Both the position numbers and the translations under genes were made by a program. Below the pieces are notes generated by a model. It saw only the letters and a list, made by a program, of their open reading frames with translations. It was not told where the DNA came from and ran no database searches. A DNA stretch of 64,000 nucleotides, taken from positions 3,996,682 through 4,060,681 of the forward strand of contig OY970315.1 in the NCBI GenBank assembly GCA_963716525.1, given 5' to 3'. This stretch comes from an uncultured Actinomycetes bacterium (lineage in GTDB: Bacteria; Actinomycetota; Acidimicrobiia; IMCC26256; PALSA-610). Each line of letters begins with the position of its first letter. The stretch's first letter is position 1. This document shows, in pieces, positions 10,779-21,056 of the stretch.

Positions 10779-11459
10779 CTACTTGTCGCGCTGCCAGTCG
10801 ACATAGCCGTGGCGGACGATCTGCAGCCCCGACGCGACAGTGAGGAACACGGCGACGGCGAGCCACAGTTGCTGCACGCCGACCCACGACGCGGTGACCG
10901 GCAGCACCACGAGCCCCACCGCGCTGTATTGCGTGAACGCCTTGTACTTGCCCAGCCGCTGCGCCGGCAGCACGATGCCGCGCTTGCCCGCGACCGAGCG
11001 GTAGACGGAGATGCCGACCTCGCGCGCCGCGATCAGCAGCACGGGCCACCACACCATGTCGCCGCGTGCCGCGAGCGCGCCGAGACCACCGAGCACGATG
11101 GTCTTGTCGGCGAGCGGGTCGAGGAACGCGCCGCTGCGGGTGGCGCCGTCGCGCCGCGCGAGCCAGCCGTCGAGGCTGTCGCTCGACGTGACCGCGAACC
11201 ACAACGACAGGTTCAACCAGTTCGCACCGTTCTGGTAGATCAACGCGAGCGTCGGGATCGCGATCGCGATCCGCGCGATCGTGACGGCATTCGCCGGTGT
11301 GGCGATCGCACTCTGGCCGAAGCGCTTACGGATCGCGGCGGTCGCGGTGCTCGCCGCCGTGGCCGCGCTCACCGCGGTGGCGCTCGCGGCGCTCGCGGCG
11401 GTCGCGGTGCTCGCCGCAGCGGGCCCGGCGGTGCCTGCGGGCTGCGAGGTGGCCGTCAC
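10779..11459 (-). CDS. pgsA: CDP-diacylglycerol--glycerol-3-phosphate 3-phosphatidyltransferase
   Basis: CDP-alcohol phosphatidyltransferase motif DGWLARRDGATRSGAFLDPLADK, with multiple TM helices. The GTG start at 11459 overlaps the rimO stop (GTGA). Confidence 0.85.
   Translation of the reverse strand: MTATSQPAGTAGPAAASTATAASAASATAVSAATAASTATAAIRKRFGQSAIATPANAVTIARIAIAIPTLALIYQNGANWLNLSLWFAVTSSDSLDGWLARRDGATRSGAFLDPLADKTIVLGGLGALAARGDMVWWPVLLIAAREVGISVYRSVAGKRGIVLPAQRLGKYKAFTQYSAVGLVVLPVTASWVGVQQLWLAVAVFLTVASGLQIVRHGYVDWQRDK
11334..11420. repeat. direct repeat (gcggcggtcgcggtgctcgccgc, two copies 60 bp apart) in the pgsA 5' region
   Basis: Read directly from the sequence. Encodes the Ala/Thr/Ser low-complexity segment TATAASAASATAVSAATAASTATAA. 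Confidence 0.8.
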
Positions 11460-12784
11460 CGTGCGCGCTCCGGCGCGGGCGTGCCCGCGAACAGGTCGGT
11501 GCCGTCGCAACCGTGGACCACGGCCCGGATCGTGTCACCCGCGAGCAGCGGTGTCGAGGAACCGTCGACGTGCACGAGGCCGTCGATCTCGGGGGCCTCA
11601 CGGTAGGTGCGGCCGGTACCGGTGGCGCACGACGCGTCGACGTGATCGATCAGCACTTCGACGGGCGCACCGACGAGCGCGGCACGCGACGCGCCGGTGA
11701 TCGGCTCCTGCACGTCGTGGAGCTCGGCAAGCCGTTCGCGCACCGTCGCGGGATCGATCACACCGTCGAGATGGGCTGCTGCGGTGCCCTCTTCCTGCGA
11801 GAACGCGAAGAATCCGGCCCAGTCGAGCTGGGCTGCGTCGACGAACGCCAAGAGCTCGTCGTGCATCGCCTCGGTCTCACCGGGGAAGCCGGTGATGAAC
11901 GACGAGCGGAAGACGGCCGCCGGCTCGTCGCGCCGGATCCGGTCGATCAGATCGAGGAACTGCTCGCCGCTCCCCCATCGCTTCATGCGCCGCAGCAACG
12001 GGCGCGACGCGTGCTGCAGCGACAGGTCGAAGTACGGCACCACCGACGGCAGCTCGAGCATCGTCGCCACGAGCGGATCGTGCACCTCCGACGGGTAGAG
12101 GTACAGCAGCCGGATGCGCTCCAGGCCCCGCGCGCGCAGACCGTCGAGACGTCGCAGCAGCGGTACCAGCGCGCCCGGCGTGCCGATGTCGCGGCCGTAC
12201 CAGGCGAGGTCCTGCGCCACGAGCACGAGCTCGCGGACACCGCCGTCCACGAGCGTGCCCGCTTCCCGCTCGATCGACTGCGGGGCGCGCGAGCGCTGCG
12301 CGCCGCGGAACGTGGGGATCGCGCAGAACGCGCACGCCCGGTCGCAACCCTCGGCCACCTTCAGATAGGCCCACGGCACGTCGGGCACGTTGCGCGGGAG
12401 GTCGAGCAGCGACGTGGGTGCGCGCCCGAGGCGCACCGGCACCCCGGCATGCTCGGCGATCGTCGACTGGCCGCCGAAGCCCACGATCGCGTCGGCCTCG
12501 GGGAGCGCGGCGCCGAGCTCGTCGCCGTAGCGCTCGGCCATGCACCCGGTGGCCACGAGCCGGGCCCCGGGCTTGCGCGCCGCGCCGAGGTGGAGCAGCA
12601 CCTCGACCGACTCCTCGCGCGCCGTCTCGATGAAGGCGCACGTGTTCACGACCACGACGTCGGCGTCGCCCGCCGCCCGCGCCGGCACAAGACCGTCGGC
12701 CTCCAGCTGGGCCACGATCTTGTCGGAGTCGACGGCGTTCTTCGGGCAGCCGAGTGTCTCCACCCAGTATTTGGGCCCCGTCAC
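11456..12784 (-). CDS. rimO: ribosomal protein S12 methylthiotransferase RimO
   Basis: MTGPKYWVETLGCPKNAVDSD..., radical-SAM motif CDRACAFCAIP, and a TRAM-like C-terminus. Confidence 0.9.
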   Translation of the reverse strand: MTGPKYWVETLGCPKNAVDSDKIVAQLEADGLVPARAAGDADVVVVNTCAFIETAREESVEVLLHLGAARKPGARLVATGCMAERYGDELGAALPEADAIVGFGGQSTIAEHAGVPVRLGRAPTSLLDLPRNVPDVPWAYLKVAEGCDRACAFCAIPTFRGAQRSRAPQSIEREAGTLVDGGVRELVLVAQDLAWYGRDIGTPGALVPLLRRLDGLRARGLERIRLLYLYPSEVHDPLVATMLELPSVVPYFDLSLQHASRPLLRRMKRWGSGEQFLDLIDRIRRDEPAAVFRSSFITGFPGETEAMHDELLAFVDAAQLDWAGFFAFSQEEGTAAAHLDGVIDPATVRERLAELHDVQEPITGASRAALVGAPVEVLIDHVDASCATGTGRTYREAPEIDGLVHVDGSSTPLLAGDTIRAVVHGCDGTDLFAGTPAPERAR

Positions 12785-12825
12785 AGCTCTCAGGTTACAA
12801 GTGCGGCGATTTCGGCCCCGGGCCG

Positions 12826-15384
12826 TCAGTTGCCCGGGAGCTCGTCGAGCTCCTCGACCGTCATCAGGACCGAACGCGGTTTGGAGCCCTCGGACGGGCC
12901 CACGACACCGCGCCGTTCGAGGAGGTCCATGATGCGCCCGGCTCGAGCGAAGCCCACGCGCAGCTTGCGCTGCAGCATCGACGTGCTGCCGAGCCGCCCG
13001 CGCACCACGAGATCCATCGCCTGCTCCAGCAGCTCGTCGCCCTCGTCGTCGTCGAAGAAGCCGCTGCCCGAGCTCTCCTCACCCTGCACGCCCTCCACGT
13101 AAGCGGGCGCGATCGTCTGGCGCCGCCAGTGCGCGACGACCTTGCGCACGCAGTCCTCGTCGACCCAGGCGCCCTGGATGCGCTCGGTGCGCGACGACGA
13201 CGCGCTCAGGAGCAGCATGTCGCCCTTGCCCACCAGCTTCTCGGCCCCGGGCTGGTCGAGGATCACCCGCGAGTCGGTGAGGCTGCTCACCGCGAACGCG
13301 AGACGGCTCGGGATGTTCGCCTTGATCACGCCGGTGATCACATCGACCGATGGCCGTTGCGTCGCGATCACGAGGTGGAGACCGACGGCGCGGGCCATCT
13401 GCGCGAGCCGGGCGATGCTGCTCTCCACGTCGCGTGCCGCGACCATCATGAGGTCGGCGAGCTCGTCGACGACGATCACGATGAACGGCAAGCGGTCGTA
13501 GTTCTTGCCGCCCACCGGGTCGGGGTTGTCCTCGGTGGGCAGGTCACCACGGTCCCACAGCGCGTTGTAGCCGGTGATGTCGCGCACTCCGACCTCGGCG
13601 AGCAGGTCGTAGCGCATCTCCATCTCCCGCACGGCCCAGTCGAGCGCGTTGGCGGCCTTCTTCGGATTGACGACCACCTCGGTGAGCAGGTGCGGCACGT
13701 TGTTGTACTGGCCGAGCTCGACGCGCTTGGGATCGACGAGGATCAGCCGCACCTGATCTGGGGTCGTGCGCATCAGCAGCGACGTCACGATGCTGTTGAT
13801 GCAGCTCGACTTGCCCGCACCGGTCTGCCCCGCGATGAGCACGTGCGGGAACGTCGCCAGGTTCGCCATCACGGACCGTCCTGTGATGTCGCGACCGAGG
13901 CCGACCTGCAGCGCATGCGCCGCCGTGTGCGCGTCCTCACTCGCGAGGATGTCGCCGAGCGTGATGATCGGCCGCACCTTGTTCGGCACCTCCACGCCGA
14001 TCGCGCTGCGGCCGGGAATCGGGGCGAGGATGCGCACGTCGTGGCTCGCCATCGCGTAGGCGATCTCCTTGGCGAGGTTCGTGACCTTGTTGACCTTCAC
14101 GCCCGGCGCGAGCTCGAGCTCGTAGCGGCTGACCGTGGGGCCGATCGCCCGGCCGATGAGGCGCGCGTCCACGCCGAACTCCTGCAGCGTGGCCTCGAGC
14201 ACCTCACCGCCGGCGTCGATGAGCCGCTCGTCCACCTGCTTGCCGCTCCCCCGCTTCAGCAGGGTCGCGGCCGGCAGCTTCCAGTCCGTGCGCTTGTAGC
14301 CCGGACCGAGATCGAGCGCGCCCTGGCCTGCCTCAGCGGCTTGCTCCTCGCCGTCCTCGCCGTCCTCGGCGACCTCCTCGTACTCGTACTCCTCGTCATC
14401 GGCGTCTTCGTCGTCGCCGTCCTCGTACTCCTCGTCGGTGTCCTCGTCCTCGTATTCCGCGTCTTCGTCCTCGTCCTCGTACTCCTCGTCGTCGATCTCT
14501 TCCTCGGCCGCGAGGTCGATCTCGTCGGGGGCGAAGTAGGAGTCGTCGGCCATCACGTCGTAGAGCACGGTCTTGCGCGCCCGGGCCGGCGCCGCGGCCA
14601 CGGGCGCGTCGAGGTCCACCGCGCCGGCGGCGATGAGGTCGAGCTCGTCGTCACCGTCGAACTCGCCATCGTCATCGAGGCCGTCGAACTCTTCGACGCC
14701 GTCGACGCCGTCGTCGTGGTCACGGTGGCCGAGGTCGAACAGCTCCCGCGCTTGGGCCGCCAGCCAGCGGATCGCGGTGGCCAGCGCGGGCCCGATCGTG
14801 CGGAACGTGAGGCCGGTGACGAGCAGCAGCCCGAGCGCGACGAGCGCGACGAGCACGATCGACGCACCGACCACGCCGGCGAGCGCGGCGATCGACCCGC
14901 CGGTGAGCGCGCCGAGCACGCCGCCGGCGCGCTCGAGGTCGGTCAGCCCGTCGAGGGTTGTCGGCTGGCCGGCCGCGAGGTGCCAGATGCCGGTGACGGC
15001 GACCACCACGAGCGTGGCTCCGATCGCCACCCGCAGTCCGTGGCGTTCGCCCGTGTCGTCACCGCGGCGCACCAGCAGTGCCGCCGTGGCGGCGAAGCAG
15101 GCCAGCGGCACGAGGAAGCGGCCGCGTCCGAGCGCGGCACCGAGCCCCACGTTGACGCCGTGCCCGAGCGGGCCCGCCGCGGTCGTGTACACGCCGAGCG
15201 CGATGAGCACGCCGGCGACCGCGGCGAAGATCGCGGCCGCGTCCGACGAATGCGCCGCCAGCTGCTCGTGCAGCGCCTCGCGGGTGCCCTCGAACATCGG
15301 CTGGCGGGCCGGGCGCCGGCGAGCGGTCGATCGGCCGCGGCCCTTCGACTTCGAGGCCGGACGGCGCTTCGTGCTGGTGGGCAT
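12826..15384 (-). CDS. ftsK: DNA translocase FtsK
   Basis: N-terminal TM helices. Motor domain with Walker A (GQTGAGKSSCIN), LPFIVIVVDELADLM and the winged-helix gamma domain (STSMLQRKLRVGFARAGRIMD). Unusual D/E/Y-rich linker. Confidence 0.95.
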   Translation of the reverse strand: MPTSTKRRPASKSKGRGRSTARRRPARQPMFEGTREALHEQLAAHSSDAAAIFAAVAGVLIALGVYTTAAGPLGHGVNVGLGAALGRGRFLVPLACFAATAALLVRRGDDTGERHGLRVAIGATLVVVAVTGIWHLAAGQPTTLDGLTDLERAGGVLGALTGGSIAALAGVVGASIVLVALVALGLLLVTGLTFRTIGPALATAIRWLAAQARELFDLGHRDHDDGVDGVEEFDGLDDDGEFDGDDELDLIAAGAVDLDAPVAAAPARARKTVLYDVMADDSYFAPDEIDLAAEEEIDDEEYEDEDEDAEYEDEDTDEEYEDGDDEDADDEEYEYEEVAEDGEDGEEQAAEAGQGALDLGPGYKRTDWKLPAATLLKRGSGKQVDERLIDAGGEVLEATLQEFGVDARLIGRAIGPTVSRYELELAPGVKVNKVTNLAKEIAYAMASHDVRILAPIPGRSAIGVEVPNKVRPIITLGDILASEDAHTAAHALQVGLGRDITGRSVMANLATFPHVLIAGQTGAGKSSCINSIVTSLLMRTTPDQVRLILVDPKRVELGQYNNVPHLLTEVVVNPKKAANALDWAVREMEMRYDLLAEVGVRDITGYNALWDRGDLPTEDNPDPVGGKNYDRLPFIVIVVDELADLMMVAARDVESSIARLAQMARAVGLHLVIATQRPSVDVITGVIKANIPSRLAFAVSSLTDSRVILDQPGAEKLVGKGDMLLLSASSSRTERIQGAWVDEDCVRKVVAHWRRQTIAPAYVEGVQGEESSGSGFFDDDEGDELLEQAMDLVVRGRLGSTSMLQRKLRVGFARAGRIMDLLERRGVVGPSEGSKPRSVLMTVEELDELPGN

Positions 15385-15542
15385 CGGTCAGCCAACGTAA
15401 CACCGGCCACACCGCCCTCAACGGACCGCTTTGTCCACAGCGGATTACCGCCCGGTGCGGCGACCGGAGGAGCGCAGGAGCGACGGAGGAGCGAGATGCG
15501 TCCGCAGTGAGCTCGCCGCCGAGCCGGAGGCGAGGCAAAGCA

Positions 15543-17214
15543 TCAGGCCTCCATCACCACCGGCACGATGATCGGGTAGCGCTTGGTGCGCTCCGCGATG
15601 AAGCGCTTGAGCGCGCGGCGCGTGTTGCGGCGGACCGTCTCGAAGTCGGTGGCACCGTGCTCGCTCGCGTCGGCGATCGACCGCAGCACGACGGCCTTGG
15701 CTTCCTCGATCAGGTCGTCGGCCTCGGGCGCGTAGATCCAGCCACGCGTCACGATCTCGGGCCCGGTGAGCACCTCGCCGCTGCGCGCGTCGACGGTGAC
15801 GATCACGACCACCACACCCTCCTCGGCGAGCGCGCGGCGGTCGCGCAACACGCTCCCGCCGACGTCGCCGACGATGCCGTCGACGTAGGTGTAGCCCGAC
15901 GGCACCGCGCGGCGTTCGACGTCGACGCCGTTCGGGCCGAGCACGATCGCGTCGCCGTCCTCGCACACGAGCACCTTCTCGGCCGCGACCCCGACCGCCT
16001 CGGCAAGCCGGGCGTGGTGCACGAGCTGGCGGTACTCGCCGTGCACCGGGACGAACCACTCGGGCGAGAGCAGCGAGAGCAGGAACTTGAGCTCCTCGCG
16101 TGACGCGTGCCCCGACACGTGCACGCCCGACGCCGTGCCGTACACGACATCGGCGCCGGCGCGGTGCAGCGCGTCGATCACGCCGTACACGTTCGTCTCG
16201 TTGCCAGGGATCGCGTGCGACGACAGCACGACCAGATCGTCGGCCGAGACCTTCACGAACTTGTGGTCGTGGGCGGCCATCGAGCGCGAGCGCGCTCATC
16301 GGCTCGCCCTGCGAACCGGTGCAGATCACGCAGATCTCGTGCGGCGAGAAGCGAGCGATCTCCTCGATGTCGACCACGGCCGCGATCGGGATGTCGAGCA
16401 GGTCGAGCTCGCGCGCCCGCGCAACGTTGTGCTGCATCGAGCGGCCGAGGAACGCCACCTTGCGGCCCGCGCCGATCGCGGCCCTGGCCACCTGCTCGAT
16501 GCGATGGAGGTGGCTGGCGAAGCACGCCACGATCACCCGGCGATCGCGATGGTCACGGAACAGGTCGCGCATCGCCTCGCCGACGGTGCTCTCCGAGGGC
16601 GTGAACCCCGGACGCTCCGCGTTCGTGGAGTCCGACAGCAGCAGGCGCACGCCGCCTTCGCGCCGCCCGATCTCGCCGAGCAGCGCGAGGCCGATGTGGC
16701 GACCGTCGACGGGCGTGAGGTCGATCTTGAAGTCACCCGAGTGCACGATCGTGCCCGCGGGCGTGAAGAAGGCCGTCGCGAAGCCGTGCGGCACCGAGTG
16801 CGTGACCGGGACGAACTGGCAGTCGAACGGACCGATGCGCCGGCGCTCGCCGTCGTGCAGGACGATGAGCTCGGTGCGGTCGAGCACGCCGGCCTCCTCG
16901 ATGCGCCGGCGCGCGAAGGCGAGCGACAGCGCCGACCCGTAGATGGGCACCGACACGTGCTGGAGGAGGTACGGCAGCCCGCCGGCATGGTCCTCGTGCG
17001 CGTGCGTGAGGAACGCCGCCTCGACCCGGTCGGCGTTGTCGATCAGGTACGAGAAGTCGGGCAGCACGATGTCGACGCCGGGCATGTCGGCGTCGGGGAA
17101 CATGAGCCCGCAATCGACCACGAGGATGCGGTCGTCGTGCTCGAGGCAGAAGCAGTTGCGGCCGATCTCGCCCACACCGCCGAGCAGCGTGATGCGAACA
17201 TTGCCGGAGCTCAT
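15543..17214 (-). pseudogene. rnj: ribonuclease J, frameshift near 16283-16295
   Basis: N-part runs from ATG 17214 (MSSGNVRITLLGGVGEIGRNC...THAHEDHAGGLPYL...). C-part is ORF 15543..16280 (AAHDHKFVKV...VHVSGHASREELK...). The junction GEPMSAL/..MAAHDHKF is shifted by one nt. Confidence 0.9.
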
Positions 17215-17957
17215 GACGTTTGCGACCGTATCAGGTGGTTGTCCGCGACCAGGACAAGCGTGACGCCCGATCGCATGCTCGGCGGGAGGGCGCGGTCGAC
17301 CGCATTCTGCCGCGGCGTGGCGGAGCCGGCGGGCCGCACCACCGCGGCCGCCCGCCGCGAACCGGTAGTCGAAGTACGCGTGGCGCGTGGCGCGCACGAC
17401 GTCGAAGCCCGCCGCGCCGGCGATCCCGCGCAGTTCGGCGTACGTGCACTCGCGCACGTGCCGGGCGCCACTGCGCTCGGGATCGAGCGCGTCGTAGGGA
17501 TGGCGGCCGGTGAGGAGCTTCACCCGCCGGTCGAGCGCGGCCGCGTTCGGCGTCTGCACGATGAGCGCACCCCGTTCTGCGAGGTGCTCGCGCAGCCAGG
17601 CGAGGAGGTGCTCCGGGGCCGTGTAGAGGTGCTCGAGCACCTCGCAGCAGAGGATCGCGTCGTAGCGGTCGAGGCTGTCCGGGCCGCGTTCCCCGGCAGA
17701 CGGTTGAGGTCGAACTCGTAGTGCGTGCCGCCGGTGGTGTTCGCACCGACGTCCTGGAACCCGACACTGTCGACACGGGCGCGGCCGCCGTACTGCTCGG
17801 CCGCGAGCGTGGTGAGCTGCGACGGGCCGACGTCGAGAATCGTCCGCGCGTGCGGCGCGTACTCGGCGAGCAGCTCCAGCACGAGCGCGTACCGCCGCGA
17901 GTGGAACCCCACGTACGCGTCACCCGGGAAGCGGGCGACGATCTCCTCAGCCTTCAC
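17211..17957 (-). pseudogene. class I SAM-dependent methyltransferase, at least one frameshift (C4 run 17691-17694), 3' end uncertain
   Basis: N-part is ORF 17520..17957 (ILDVGPSQ...THYEFDLNRLPG). It continues in the frame of ORF 15445..17640 (ERGPDSLDRYDAILCCEVLEHLYTAPEHLL...). A third frame ends ...IRSQTS-TGA, overlapping the rnj ATG (ATGA), which suggests a second indel. Confidence 0.5.
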
Positions 17958-18031
17958 AGGGCGCCAGTCTGCCCCGGCGTGTGCAGCGCTTCGGTGCTAT
18001 GGCGCCGAAACGCGGCAAAGACTCGGGTGCG

Positions 18032-19852
18032 TCACCGGGCGCCGAAGCGCCGGATCCGCAACGCGACGTCGCCGGTGAAGGTGGGCAACGCGACATGGGT
18101 GTGGTGACCGCGCCGGCCGAACACGACGAAACGGTGGGTGAGGGCGCCGACCGTGGTGTCCCACCACTCGCCGATCCAGATGCCCGGGGCGACGCCGAGG
18201 TCGCAGGTCGCGCCGGTCACCGGGGTCGGGTCCGGGTGGTTCCACTGGTGATCGTCGTTCTTGATCCACACGAGGCGGAGGCCGGCGCCGTCCAGCCCGT
18301 GCACCACCACGTTCCGGCCGGGCGCCAACACGCTCGCCGTTGTCGCGCCGAAGTGCTCGCGGTCCCATGCCACGTGGGACAGGAACCGCACGAGTGCACC
18401 GAACATCGGATACAGACGGTCGGGGTCGGCGTCGACGTACGTGTCCCACCACCACGTCATCGCGCTGCCGAGCGCACCCGACAGCGCGGACGACCAGAGC
18501 GAGTCGTGCAAGGCGATGCCGTCGGGGTCGAGCGTCGCCGTCGCCGAGCCCGCGTCGACCCCGTACTCGGCGACGAGCGTCGGGCGGTGGTGGCGGTCGA
18601 GCATCTCGCCGGCGAGGTTCGGCAGGTCGCGGCTGACGTCCTGGTCGCCGACCGGGATGCCGGCGTCGAGCGTCGTGTAACGGTGCACCTGTGTGAAGTC
18701 GAGATTCGTCGTGTCCCACAGCGCGCCGTCCGACGGTTGCTGCAGGATGCTCGGGTACAGCGACAGGCTCGTCGTCACGAGGTGCCGGTTGGTGTCGAGG
18801 TCGCGGAGGTGCGCCGCCATCGCTCGGTGCCACGCGGCGACGGCCGCGACCTCGTACCCACCGGTGAGATCGACCTCGTTCCACAGCTCCCACGCGGCGA
18901 GGTGCGGTGCGTAGCCCCAACGGGCCACGCAGTACCGCATCCTCCGGCGGAACAGCAGGCGGGCGATGGGATTGGTGAAGAAGTCCTGCGGCTCGCCGAG
19001 CGGGCCACCGTTCGCGGCGTTGTACGGGTTGACGTCCCACTCGCTGTTGAACACGAGCGAGAACGGCCCGTGGTTCTGGAGGCTCAGCATGAGCGCGATG
19101 CCCGAATCACGCGCGAGGTCGAACACGTAGTCGAGCTCCCAAGCCTGCGCGAGGCGATCGGTGTAGTCGCCGAGCGGGCTGCCCGGCGCCTCCAGCGCGA
19201 ACGCCCAGTACGGCATCCAGAGGCGCGCGTAGTTCGCGCCCTGCTCGTGCAGCTGACCGAACCAGCGGTCGTAGTCGAACGTCTGCTTGTTGTCGTACCA
19301 GGCGACGTTCTCGCCGATCGGGAAGTACGGGCTGCCGTCGTCGTGCACGAGGTAGCGCGCGTCGCGCGTGCTGCGCCGGACGAACCCGGGCGCGTGCCGT
19401 TCGGTGACGACGAAGTTGCCCGTCGGGCCGCGGTACAGACGTCCCTTCGCATCGACCGCGCGCCAGTGCCAGTGCCAGTGGCCGGCACGCGTCGGCGTGA
19501 AGCGGACGCGCCACTCCGGCGCCCCACTCGCGGTCAGCTGCTCCTTGCCGTTCTTTGCCTGCGTGCGCGTGTAGTCCTGGAACCAGAACGCCGGGACGCG
19601 CGACGTGCGGCCCGACGGGTCGCGGAAGTACGCCCACACGTCGAGCGCGTGCGCGTCGAACGGGTTCGCAACGGCAGGGAGGCCGGTGAGCGTGCGCTCG
19701 AACCGGTCGTAGCGCCGCAGCGCCCACGGAGTGGTCGGGCGCGGCGGCGCGGCCAGGCTCGGCGAGCGCGCGCCGGCGGGCCGGGGAAGCACGGTCGCGG
19801 CACCCAGGCCGGCCGATGCCGCCAAGAATCCCCGCCGTGAGATCTGCTCCAC
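18032..19852 (-). CDS. secreted glycoside hydrolase, GH5 (cellulase-family)-like with an N-terminal DUF5060-like domain, Tat signal
   Basis: Twin-arginine signal SRRGFLAASAGLGAATVL. Acid/base context WELWNEVD and nucleophile context TLVAEYG are typical of GH5. GTG start at 19852. Confidence 0.75.
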   Translation of the reverse strand: MEQISRRGFLAASAGLGAATVLPRPAGARSPSLAAPPRPTTPWALRRYDRFERTLTGLPAVANPFDAHALDVWAYFRDPSGRTSRVPAFWFQDYTRTQAKNGKEQLTASGAPEWRVRFTPTRAGHWHWHWRAVDAKGRLYRGPTGNFVVTERHAPGFVRRSTRDARYLVHDDGSPYFPIGENVAWYDNKQTFDYDRWFGQLHEQGANYARLWMPYWAFALEAPGSPLGDYTDRLAQAWELDYVFDLARDSGIALMLSLQNHGPFSLVFNSEWDVNPYNAANGGPLGEPQDFFTNPIARLLFRRRMRYCVARWGYAPHLAAWELWNEVDLTGGYEVAAVAAWHRAMAAHLRDLDTNRHLVTTSLSLYPSILQQPSDGALWDTTNLDFTQVHRYTTLDAGIPVGDQDVSRDLPNLAGEMLDRHHRPTLVAEYGVDAGSATATLDPDGIALHDSLWSSALSGALGSAMTWWWDTYVDADPDRLYPMFGALVRFLSHVAWDREHFGATTASVLAPGRNVVVHGLDGAGLRLVWIKNDDHQWNHPDPTPVTGATCDLGVAPGIWIGEWWDTTVGALTHRFVVFGRRGHHTHVALPTFTGDVALRIRRFGAR

Positions 19853-19908
19853 GGCCCGCCTTGTTCGTTCCTCGACGCCACCGAGCGCGGCGTCGCACTC
19901 ACACGACC

Positions 19909-21054
19909 CTATGCCGCGGAGCGGTCCTTGGCGACCTCGTCGAGGTTCTCGTACTCCTCGCCGGTGTCGGTCCAGTCCTCGAACTGGATCACGCCGAGCT
20001 CGGTGAACTTCTGGCGCAGCCAGCCGTCGCCCGCGTCGAGCAAGCCGAGCTTCTTGCAGTTCGGCACGATCTTCGAGAACAGCAGCGACTGGAACATCAC
20101 GCGGCTGTCGTCCATCATCACGAGCTCGAGCGCGTCCTTCACGTTCACGCCCATGCGATCCCACACCTCCTGCTGGAGGAAGCGGTCGCGCATGCGCACC
20201 GCGGCCTCGAACGCGAACTCCTGGCGCTCGCGGATCTCCGGGCCCGACAGCTGCGTGTAGAACTCCTGCAGCGACAGCACACCGAACGCCACGTGGCGCG
20301 CCTCGTCGCTCATCACGTAGCGCAGCAGCTTCTTGAGCAGCGGCTCGGTCGTCATCTGGTGCATGAAGCCGAACGCGGCGAGTGCGAGGCCCTCGACCAT
20401 GATCTGCATGCCGAGGTACGTCATGTCCCAGCGCGAGTCGCTGATGATGTCGTCGAGCAGCATCTTCAGATGCGCGTTGATCGGGTAGCGGCCCTCGAGC
20501 TTCTCGTCGAGATAGCGGGCGAACACCTCGACGTGGCGCGCCTCGTCCATCACCTGGGTGGCCGCGTAGTACTTGGCGTCGATCCACGGCACCGTCTCCA
20601 CGATGCGTCCGGTGCAGATCAGCGCGCCCTGCTCGCCGTGGAGGAATTGGCTCATCGTCCAGCGGTTGCCCTCGATACCGAGCTCGAGCCACTTCTTCTC
20701 GTCCCACTTCGCGAACGGCGTGCCGGTGAGGTCGACGTTGCCGAAGAACATCTCGCTGTTGGCAGCCTGGTTGTTCATGACGACCTGCTCGATGTCGACG
20801 GGCGTCGACCAGTCGAGGTCGGTCGCGGCGTTCCACTGCGACGTCTTGGCCTTCTCGTACAGCTTGCTCAGCGCGGGGCGGCTGCGCGTGTAGTCCCACG
20901 TGAAGATCGAGTCGACGGAGGCCGCGACCTTGTGGTCCTTGGCGTCGACGTCGGTGTTGCTGACCGAGAGGATGGCCTCGAGGTCGTTGATGTCGTCGCG
21001 TCCGATGAGTGACGAGAGGTCGGTCATGTCGGTCATGTCGGTCGTGTCGGTCAT
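19909..21054 (-). CDS. ferritin-like diiron-carboxylate protein (AurF/R2-like oxygenase family)
   Basis: Two E-x-x-H metal motifs (DEARHVEVF and DEARHVAFG) plus conserved Glu-containing helices. ATGA overlap with the upstream TetR gene. Confidence 0.7.
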   Translation of the reverse strand: MTDTTDMTDMTDLSSLIGRDDINDLEAILSVSNTDVDAKDHKVAASVDSIFTWDYTRSRPALSKLYEKAKTSQWNAATDLDWSTPVDIEQVVMNNQAANSEMFFGNVDLTGTPFAKWDEKKWLELGIEGNRWTMSQFLHGEQGALICTGRIVETVPWIDAKYYAATQVMDEARHVEVFARYLDEKLEGRYPINAHLKMLLDDIISDSRWDMTYLGMQIMVEGLALAAFGFMHQMTTEPLLKKLLRYVMSDEARHVAFGVLSLQEFYTQLSGPEIRERQEFAFEAAVRMRDRFLQQEVWDRMGVNVKDALELVMMDDSRVMFQSLLFSKIVPNCKKLGLLDAGDGWLRQKFTELGVIQFEDWTDTGEEYENLDEVAKDRSAA

Positions 21055-21056
21055 TG
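21021..21056. repeat. 4 x 9-bp tandem repeat (cggtcatgt) at the 5' end of the diiron gene
   Basis: Read directly from the sequence. Encodes MTDTTDMTDMTD, so several in-frame ATG codons are generated. Confidence 0.9.

Noticed and set aside
15445-17640. Apparent methyltransferase-RNase J fusion protein (731-aa ORF)
   Set aside because: RNase J has its own ATG at 17214 with a canonical N-terminus. The in-frame read-through is best explained by indel errors and the scarcity of stops. See the finding on 17211..17957.
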